Origin: a virus
Lineage: Duplodnaviria; Caudoviricetes
DNA length: 41,446 bases
Virus record (IMG/VR): IMGVR_UViG_3300024275_000016
Location: 1-41,446 of that record
Strand: one strand, 5' to 3'
In this document: one piece after another, positions 34,812 to 41,446 of the stretch
Layout: the number at the start of each line of letters is the position of its first letter
How positions within the stretch are numbered: position 1 is the stretch's first letter
Notes under the pieces: model-generated
The model's input: only the letters and a program-made list of their open reading frames with translations
Databases searched by the model: none
What the model was told of the DNA's origin: nothing
Made by a program: the position numbers and the translations under genes

Positions 34812-35287
34812 CGTGTCAGGGATTCGGCGTCTACTTCGGCAGACACGGCCTGGTGCAGCATCTCGATCGCTACCACCACCCGGGCCTGGCTTTTCACCCA
34901 GACGATGACACCCGAGACGCCGGCCAGCGGGCCGCTGCCAATCCGCACCGGCTGCCCGACAGTGTAATCGTGGACCGCCAGGCCTTTCCCGGATTCGGTG
35001 AGTTGCCGCACCGCATCAATCTGGGCGTCGGGGATCGGCTCCGGTTGGGTGCCACAGCCCAGGATCCGGATCACCTGTGAGATCTCCACGACGGGCTTCC
35101 GGCCGGCCAGGTCGAATCGGCCAAACACGTAGCCCGGCATCAGCACCTCGTCTACGTCCGGACGGTATCTGCGCAGCGATCGCCGGCGCAGGGTCGGGAC
35201 ATAAGACTCCACCCCGCAGGCTCGGAGCCGAGCCGCAACCAGAGCCTCAGAGCAGGAGGCCACGTGCAATGCGTACCAGGGGGGCAA
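34808..35287 (-). CDS. NusG/RfaH/UpxY-family transcription antiterminator
   Basis: WYALHV, LMPGYVF (NGN domain), PIPDAQI, GQPVRIGSGPLAGVSG (KOW); TTG start. Confidence 0.9.
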   Translation of the reverse strand: MPPWYALHVASCSEALVAARLRACGVESYVPTLRRRSLRRYRPDVDEVLMPGYVFGRFDLAGRKPVVEISQVIRILGCGTQPEPIPDAQIDAVRQLTESGKGLAVHDYTVGQPVRIGSGPLAGVSGVIVWVKSQARVVVAIEMLHQAVSAEVDAESLTR

Positions 35288-35374
35288 CGGTGAATTGTCG
35301 AATTGGGAATTTCGACGGCCTACGGCCCCTGCCCGTCATATTTGACAGGAAGGGACTGTTCGCCGTTCGAGGTT

Positions 35375-35800
35375 CTAGACCGCGGTCGGTTTCAGTATAC
35401 CCGCGGTCATATCCCGCGGGCCGGAGCGTTGGGTCACGACAAATGGCTGCTTGTCTTTGTCGATCGTAGTGTCCAGTAGCTTGAAACTGATTGTAACCCG
35501 CTCCATTAACGTGGCCAGCCCCAGGATCCTCTGCAGGGCCCTGAAGGCAGCCTTCTTGTCCTTGATTTCGCGCCTCAACTCCCGCGGCGCCAGGTCAACG
35601 TAGTACTTCGCGCCCCGCAATCGGATGGGGGCGTCGGCCGGCTGGTGGTCGCAGTGGGTCCTTAACTGAGACTTCAACTGCGCCAGTTCATCCAGCCAGG
35701 CCTTGGCTTTCAGCTCTTGTGCGATGAGATAGCCGCACCTGTCGATGGTCGCCACAAGGCCCGGCGCGATGTCCATAGCAGGCATAGCCATTAGTTTCAT
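35375..35800 (-). CDS. hypothetical protein
   Basis: 141-aa ORF with an AT-rich upstream region. Confidence 0.6.
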   Translation of the reverse strand: MKLMAMPAMDIAPGLVATIDRCGYLIAQELKAKAWLDELAQLKSQLRTHCDHQPADAPIRLRGAKYYVDLAPRELRREIKDKKAAFRALQRILGLATLMERVTISFKLLDTTIDKDKQPFVVTQRSGPRDMTAGILKPTAV

Positions 35801-36296
35801 TCATATTGGCGCACATTTGATATAAAACGCAAATCTTTATCCATGTTCCGCCGCAACGGGATTAAGATGGCTGACAGGAAATAAATCGAAAGCGCAGGGA
35901 ACCCCTCCCTGGCCGTGTTACAGATTTAAGGGTTTCCGAGCCCCAGGTGAATCGTTAGCAGCGGTGAAACCCGGGTGCGCGATTGTCCCTAAACGCTGTG
36001 TCACGGGCCAGGAAGGGCTGACGCTGGAAGGACAGTCCAGTGACATTTGCATCCTATACCATATCTACTGTTAAATCCAACACGAATGTGTGCTCGCGTG
36101 CACTCGGGAAATTACTTTGGTGGTATGCTGGCAGAGTCCGACTGATCCTCGGGCAATGGTTTGAGAACTCGGCTGCAGGTGGTGCCGCCAGGCACCCGCT
36201 CACTGCAGCCGGTTCTCAGCACTCTTTGAGCGGAGTGGATACGAGAAAACCCTCACGATCTCGACAACCCGGCGCCGGTCGCAACATCATCGCGGA

Positions 36297-36689
36297 ATGC
36301 TCTCCCCCGATGAAATGCAGCTCCTCGAGTCCATCCTCAAGCGCGCCCGCCATGCCGCAGCCGCGCCCGCCAACGACACGATCGCGCCCGGCGACGTCGT
36401 CCAGCTTCGCCCCGGTGCTGATCCGCACTGGGAAACCTCTCTCCTGCTGGTTTGCCGGGTTCGTCAGGACGGTTCTATCAGCGGCCAGATCCTGCGCCCG
36501 CATCGTGGCGGCCATGCTGTGGCCTGGTACACGTACCGCCCGCCGGCAATCGCCAAAGTCGGGAGTACCCCATTCCCCGAACCCACGATGCGCGTCCGCG
36601 CATGGGGGTACGACGGGCCGAGTTTACATAATCCTGAGCGCAAACCGCCTGGACGCGAGGCGAGAAGTGCTAGGAAAGAAGCTAAATAG
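36297..36689 (+). CDS. hypothetical protein (possible SH3-like)
   Basis: IAPGDVVQLRP motif; 130 aa. Confidence 0.55.
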   Translation: MLSPDEMQLLESILKRARHAAAAPANDTIAPGDVVQLRPGADPHWETSLLLVCRVRQDGSISGQILRPHRGGHAVAWYTYRPPAIAKVGSTPFPEPTMRVRAWGYDGPSLHNPERKPPGREARSARKEAK

Positions 36690-37018
36690 GCAGGACGTGG
36701 GGTTTACCAGCTATTCGTTATCGGAACCTAGGATCCACGGTTCCAAAAACTGTTGGCTACCGGGATTCTCCAGGCCCGATAACGAACATTATGCCGCGCC
36801 TTGCCGGTCCCCTTAAAGATCTGCACCGAACGTTCGCTGTGACGCTCTGCCAAGAAAACCACAGCGGCGCAAGGTGAGAACTCGCATCTTGTCGAGGTTA
36901 AGGAAACCGGACAACCGCTGAATCCAGCCTACCTGTAGTCCTTCCCCGACGCAACAACTAACCCTTCAATTTTTTTGCGTGACAGTGTGCGCCGGAACGC
37001 ACGGGAAGGAATTCCAGG

Positions 37019-37216
37019 ATGAAATTGGACGCTGATACAGACTACAGGCGGATCACCCTCAAGCACGGCCCCCTCACCAGAAAGTACGTATTGGTTGCCC
37101 CTCCCTACCCTGAGGTAGGAGATTGCATACAAATTGAAGATGAAGGCGTGTCCTGGACGGTGACCGACGTCCGGCGTTGCGCTGCCGGCAAGTTATCAGC
37201 GGGGGGTGCGCAATGA
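37019..37216 (+). CDS. small hypothetical protein
   Basis: 65 aa; ATGA overlap with the next gene. Confidence 0.5.
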   Translation: MKLDADTDYRRITLKHGPLTRKYVLVAPPYPEVGDCIQIEDEGVSWTVTDVRRCAAGKLSAGGAQ

Positions 37217-38421
37217 GTAAGGCGAGGAACGGTAGCGGCCGCATCGCAAAATATAACCGGCTTGTGGCCCAGAAGGCGAGCCTGAAGAAAGGCGAGCTCC
37301 TTCCTTATGCGCCAGATTTCCTGGATTCCCTTGTTCGCCGGATGGCTATCTCAGTACCTGGGGACTCAGCCGAACGTTGCCTGGCCTGGCTCATCTACCG
37401 GGCCAACGGGAACCAGTCCCTAAAGGCTATCCATTTATATAGCCACAATGGCGAGCCGCCCGTCGAAACAGAGCTGGAGCAAAAGGACTGCGCCCTGGAA
37501 TTGGCGTGGGTAGAGGCCGGCCATCGTGTGGAATGGTTGGACGCACCGCTCAAACTCTTCCGGGAGGAAGCGGCGAACCGTGGCGTTAAGCCGATCGACA
37601 AAAGTACGGTCTCTAGGGGCTTTCAATTTAACCGTGACCGGGGTAGTATGGAGTCCGGAACCGGCTTCTCCCTGGTCTACGTTCCCGCCCCAGATGATAC
37701 AAGATTCTCAGACGCCAGAGAATCTTGCAGAAGAAAAGGCGAAAACGTACAAAATACCACAAAGTTCACAGAATGGGCTAAATTCTCATACGCCAGAGAA
37801 TTTCAGGAATATCAAGTTGTACGCGCCAGAGAAAGAGAGCTCCTGAGATTCTTAACCGCCAGATACAAAAAAGCGAACGGTTCTCAGGCGGTCGAGACAA
37901 ATGGGGGTACTTCTTTAGAAGCCTTAGAAGCTTTAGAAGCTTTAGGAGCTCCGCCGTGCGCGCCGACTCCCGTCCCTGCCCCACCTATTAAGAAGAGCGA
38001 GCCGGCGGGCGGGCGGGCCTCTTCGGCTGTTGCGAATGATTCGAGAACGGAAGACCCGCCCGCCCGCCCGCCGATCGTCTCCATATCGAAACCACCCGCC
38101 GCCGATCCGCCCTGGTACGTAAAGCTCCGCGTATTGCTGGCGGACAAGCAGATATTCCGCTGTGGCGTTCCCCTGGATGAACCGATGTTCCGGAGGATCG
38201 CCAGCCATCTGACCGAAGAACTCCTGCCGCAATTTAAGACCGAATCTGAGAAGGCAACCAATATCCGGAAATGGGCAGGATACGAGTCGATTGCTAAACA
38301 AGTAGCCGCGTGCGGCCTGGTCCCGGCCGCCGCCATGAAGCCGCCGCAGTCCGCCAAAAAAAGCTTCGCGGAGTCAGTGATGGAAGAGGCGCAGCGGCGG
38401 TTCAACAACGGGACACTCTAA
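37213..38421 (+). CDS. putative replication initiator (lambda O-like organisation)
   Basis: 402 aa; HTH-like IDKSTVSRG; contains iterons and a Pro-rich linker; coupled to the next gene. Confidence 0.6.
   Translation: MSKARNGSGRIAKYNRLVAQKASLKKGELLPYAPDFLDSLVRRMAISVPGDSAERCLAWLIYRANGNQSLKAIHLYSHNGEPPVETELEQKDCALELAWVEAGHRVEWLDAPLKLFREEAANRGVKPIDKSTVSRGFQFNRDRGSMESGTGFSLVYVPAPDDTRFSDARESCRRKGENVQNTTKFTEWAKFSYAREFQEYQVVRARERELLRFLTARYKKANGSQAVETNGGTSLEALEALEALGAPPCAPTPVPAPPIKKSEPAGGRASSAVANDSRTEDPPARPPIVSISKPPAADPPWYVKLRVLLADKQIFRCGVPLDEPMFRRIASHLTEELLPQFKTESEKATNIRKWAGYESIAKQVAACGLVPAAAMKPPQSAKKSFAESVMEEAQRRFNNGTL
37704..37950. other. putative replication origin (iterons plus AT-rich 9-mers)
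   Basis: ATTCTCANACGCCAGAGAAT at 37704 and 37782, degenerate copies at 37816 and 37848; TTAGAAGCY-like 9-mer x4 at 37915..37950. Confidence 0.7.
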
Positions 38422-38978
38422 TGGACCCCAAAAAAGTGCTCGATCTTTTGGGCGGGCTCACCCTGTTGAAGTTCTTCCCGTCCGAATCAGCGGCGCGCCT
38501 CGAGTTGGTAAACCTCGTTCTGCGCATGGCGGCAACCTACGAACAAATCGAATGGCTTGTTACCCGCACGATGGCGGTCTGTAACGAGTGGCCCGGCCCA
38601 TTGGTGCTGCGCCAGATCTTCTGCTCCAAATTCAAGCCGCGCGATGGGATCGAGGCCGGATCGACCTCAACCTTTCCCGATGGACTGCCACCAGAGCGGC
38701 CGATACAGGCGCCTGCGATGAGGGCGCTTCCGGCAGGTCATACGGCCACGTTAGACGCCGGTCTGGAAAAGGGACTCCAGGTAGTGGCCGCGGCCAAAAC
38801 CCTAGAAGTCGCGGCTTATGCGCCCAATTACGCCCACCTGGAGGAGTTGCGCCGTGCCCGATTGCGGCGCCAGCACCGGGAGGTTATGGACGCGATGGGT
38901 TTGAAGCCCATCACCCAAGCAGATATTGACCGTGCCGTAGAAGAGGCGCGGGCGAAGAAACGGAGTGAAAGCGCATGA
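38421..38978 (+). CDS. putative helicase loader / replication accessory protein
   Basis: TAATG-coupled to the initiator; call rests mainly on position. Confidence 0.45.
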   Translation: MDPKKVLDLLGGLTLLKFFPSESAARLELVNLVLRMAATYEQIEWLVTRTMAVCNEWPGPLVLRQIFCSKFKPRDGIEAGSTSTFPDGLPPERPIQAPAMRALPAGHTATLDAGLEKGLQVVAAAKTLEVAAYAPNYAHLEELRRARLRRQHREVMDAMGLKPITQADIDRAVEEARAKKRSESA

Positions 38979-39178
38979 TCAGCACGCCATCACGCCCGAC
39001 GGAGAAGTATATACTGGGCAGGCTCTATTTTCACGAAACGCAGGCCGAATGGTTCAGCGATCACGGTCAGGACGCGTTGGCCGTTTGGGCTGCATCCTGC
39101 GTCGATATGTGGCGCGGCCGCCTGGAAGCTCTGCGAGGCACCCCGGAGGTTAAATCAAAGGAGGGTCACTCCAGATGA
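38975..39178 (+). CDS. hypothetical protein
   Basis: 67 aa; ATGA overlap. Confidence 0.5.
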   Translation: MISTPSRPTEKYILGRLYFHETQAEWFSDHGQDALAVWAASCVDMWRGRLEALRGTPEVKSKEGHSR

Positions 39179-39447
39179 TCGACGTAGATATCCCCGCCAA
39201 TGTAGTCCTCCAGTTTCATACTGGCCTCAAACAGAATTCGGCGTGCAATTTCGATCCGCATGGCTTCCGCCGGAAGAAAGGCGCGCAATTGGTCTGCTCG
39301 GGAAAGAAAGGCATGGAGAAGACAGTTCAACACTACGTGCGGCCCTTGGGTTTTCAGTATGGATTCAATCGCGTCAATCAGGTCGGCGTGCGTGTTGATG
39401 TCTCGGGTGTAGGTATTCGCGTGCGTTGTGGTTTCGATGTTTGGCAT
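39166..39447 (-). CDS. hypothetical protein (counter-oriented)
   Basis: AGGAGG RBS before ATG; helical 93 aa. Confidence 0.6.
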   Translation of the reverse strand: MPNIETTTHANTYTRDINTHADLIDAIESILKTQGPHVVLNCLLHAFLSRADQLRAFLPAEAMRIEIARRILFEASMKLEDYIGGDIYVDHLE

Positions 39448-39560
39448 AAACCCTCCTATCCAGGTCGCGGGAGAGCGGGAGGGATAGGCAACCCGCTCCG
39501 GCCCGCAAAAGACGCCGGTAGCTACCCGGCAGAATCGATTCTAAACCATAGGGGAGCCGC

Positions 39561-39740
39561 ATGAACATGTCTGAATATTCCATCGCGCGGCGCTACGCCC
39601 AACTGATCGAGGCCCAGAAAACCCGCACCCTGACCGATCGTGAAGCCCAGGTGCTGGCAATTCTGCGCGATTGTGTGGAACGCTACGAGCTGGAAGAGAT
39701 GCCCACGAGGAGGACGTATGTGCCCAGCGTGCGCGAATAA
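39561..39740 (+). CDS. hypothetical protein (59 aa)
   Basis: GGGGAG RBS; MNMSEYSIARRYAQL... Confidence 0.5.
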   Translation: MNMSEYSIARRYAQLIEAQKTRTLTDREAQVLAILRDCVERYELEEMPTRRTYVPSVRE

Positions 39741-39912
39741 ACGCCTGCACGGTCCCGAAGACTGGGCGCGCCATCCCTACGCCGGCCACGGGTACAACGG
39801 CCAGGCGTGGACGCATCCGGATCTACCAACAAGTTCTGCCGGCGCCGCCTCGCTTGGGAAAATCTCGGGGGAGATCTCCGGAGCCGCGGCGCCGGTGGGA
39901 GGGGAGGCATGA
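39718..39912 (+). CDS. small hypothetical protein
   Basis: GAGGAGG RBS; MCPAC..HPYAGHGY. Confidence 0.5.
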   Translation: MCPACANKRLHGPEDWARHPYAGHGYNGQAWTHPDLPTSSAGAASLGKISGEISGAAAPVGGEA

Positions 39913-40166
39913 GGTTGCAGTGTTATTTCTGCGGCAAATCTGTATCGAATGAAGTGCCGCAAGATACCGTCATTCGCGCCGTGCTGGTCTGCCCGGAATG
40001 CATTGAGGCACACAAGATCGAGATTCCCGAGCCGCCACCAGATAAACCCTGGCCGGTCTGCCGTGTATGCGGCATCCGGTCGAACTACATGCTGGATGGG
40101 GTAGCGCAGCCCACGTGCTACGCGCATCGGAATATTCATGAGGCGCCGGTGGGAGGGAAGGCATGA
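39909..40166 (+). CDS. small zinc-finger protein
   Basis: CYFC..CPEC..CRVC..CYAH; GGAGG RBS. Confidence 0.6.
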   Translation: MRLQCYFCGKSVSNEVPQDTVIRAVLVCPECIEAHKIEIPEPPPDKPWPVCRVCGIRSNYMLDGVAQPTCYAHRNIHEAPVGGKA

Positions 40167-40327
40167 AAGTCGAATACGATCCCAAGTGCGTCGAACTGGC
40201 ACAGTGGTTCCTGGATGACGCCTACGGGACGGAATACGACGAGAGGCTGGTCAACGCGCTGGCCGGCGTGATCCAGACGGCCATTGAGGGCTGGTTTGAA
40301 GACCAGGGGGCGGGAGGGAAGGTATGA
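40163..40327 (+). CDS. small hypothetical protein (54 aa)
   Basis: MKVEYDPKCVELAQWFL..LAGVIQTAIEGWF; ATGA overlaps. Confidence 0.55.
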   Translation: MKVEYDPKCVELAQWFLDDAYGTEYDERLVNALAGVIQTAIEGWFEDQGAGGKV

Positions 40328-40617
40328 AGACCGGTGATAGCGTTCGCGTCTGGCCGTATGCCCACCCGGAAAAGACGGCGATGGGGAAGGTGGTGATCGC
40401 TTCGTCCAATGAGCGCTCGATCGGTATTGCTTTCGGAGAGGACTACGTCCCGTTTATTACCGCGGCTACCGGCATGGCAATCCACCCCCAGCACGGAAAG
40501 ATGCTTCTATTGAGTTGGGAAACGCAGTTAGGGTTCTGGCGAGACGTTTTCGGTGACGGTTATTTTGAGGTCGGCCCGCCGGCGGCGCCACAGCGTGGCT
40601 TCGGTCCTGAGGAGTGA
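40324..40617 (+). CDS. hypothetical protein
   Basis: MKTGDSVRV, SH3-like start. Confidence 0.6.
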   Translation: MKTGDSVRVWPYAHPEKTAMGKVVIASSNERSIGIAFGEDYVPFITAATGMAIHPQHGKMLLLSWETQLGFWRDVFGDGYFEVGPPAAPQRGFGPEE

Positions 40618-40623
40618 AGGAGT

Positions 40624-40866
40624 ATGAGATTCAAACGCCTGAGCCATCGTTTTCAATGGGCTGGCCTGTGTGCGTCGCTCTTTATGCTCGGCATATTCGT
40701 GGGCCGCGTGTCGGTCAAGAACGAATGGCTGAATTGGGTCGCGGTGGCCTCCTATGTGTTCACTTGCACCGTTTATTTCCTGCCTCTGTACCGCCAATAC
40801 AAGCGAGACGAGCAGCAGTTCAGGGAAGCCATGCGCCAGCTCGAGAATGAGATACGCGATAGATGA
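40624..40866 (+). CDS. two-helix membrane protein
   Basis: AAGGAG RBS; two hydrophobic helices plus a charged tail. Confidence 0.6.
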   Translation: MRFKRLSHRFQWAGLCASLFMLGIFVGRVSVKNEWLNWVAVASYVFTCTVYFLPLYRQYKRDEQQFREAMRQLENEIRDR

Positions 40867-41168
40867 GCGGCCTACTGCCGCCTGACCATCCCCAGGCGCC
40901 GAAATACTGGCGCCACGAAATCGGGGGTGAACTGCGTCCGGCGATGGAGCGTTACCTGCTGGACGAGCCGTTCCCGCCTGGCGATATAAGCCTGATTCGG
41001 GCCTATCTTCGCCAGTGGATCGATTCCCCGGTATGGGATGTCGGAGTCGATGGCGAAACTCGGAACGCGCTGGACGGGTTACGTACCAGAGTTCACGATT
41101 TACACAACCGCCACCAGGTCGAGATGTGGCTCGAGTTGGCGCTGGATCTGGGGATCGACCCCTTATGA
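40863..41168 (+). CDS. hypothetical protein
   Basis: PKYWRHE.GGELRPA...RAYLRQWI...GIDPL; ATGA overlap. Confidence 0.65.
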   Translation: MSGLLPPDHPQAPKYWRHEIGGELRPAMERYLLDEPFPPGDISLIRAYLRQWIDSPVWDVGVDGETRNALDGLRTRVHDLHNRHQVEMWLELALDLGIDPL

Positions 41169-41320
41169 CGTCCGTGGCGACAGGAACAGCGGAGACTGTA
41201 TGAAGAGGCCGAGAAAGCCCAGGATGCCGGGAGCAACGATAACTGACGGGAAAATAGAGTTTCCCCCGATAGTGTTCCCTGCCTCTAGAAGGCCGGAAAC
41301 GCGGGAAGAGCTTAATGCCC

Positions 41321-41446
41321 GGGCCAATAAGCTTTTTCAGCGGAAGCTGGACCAATATGGAAGATTTATCCTTGCGTACCAAAAGTGGCTTCTCGCGACA
41401 CAAGGCCCAGGCGGATTCAGTCCTCACGTCCTTCGCGAACTAGGCT
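41321..41446 (+). repeat. 126-bp direct terminal repeat, right copy
   Basis: Identical to 15..140. Confidence 0.95.

Noticed and set aside
39175-39564. 129-aa + strand ORF
   Set aside because: Overlaps the minus-strand ORF 39166..39447, which has a strong AGGAGG RBS and more protein-like composition
40528-41427. 299-aa minus-strand ORF and similar long Arg/Pro-rich alternative-frame ORFs throughout
   Set aside because: Shadow ORFs typical of GC-rich DNA, overlapping better-supported genes

Overview
The window is an apparently complete, circular, GC-rich phage genome of about 41.3 kb: 15..140 is repeated exactly at 41321..41446. Its virion module is P22-like (podovirus-type) and lies on the - strand: NusG-paralogue antiterminator, terminase small and large subunits, portal, scaffold, coat, duplicated head-tail adaptors, gp10-like hub, lectin/Ig receptor-binding proteins and ejection proteins. 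A + strand replication/early region carries an iteron-type origin inside the putative initiator gene. There is also a Bet/Gp157/HNH-like recombination cluster and a compact divergent-promoter switch with a palindromic operator. The most notable locus is about 870-3630 on the - strand. In order it holds a structured tracrRNA-like segment, a ~372-aa Cas12f/TnpB-like protein whose RuvC catalytic residues and zinc-ribbon C-terminus appear lost, an 11-unit array with very short repeats (AGGAGAACTGAAGG), a 106-aa ORF, a FimB-like tyrosine recombinase and a 13-6-13 inverted-repeat site. A second unusual feature is a head-tail adaptor split in two, with its C-terminal half fused to two different cargo proteins. 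All protein calls come from motif recognition by eye; no database search was run.
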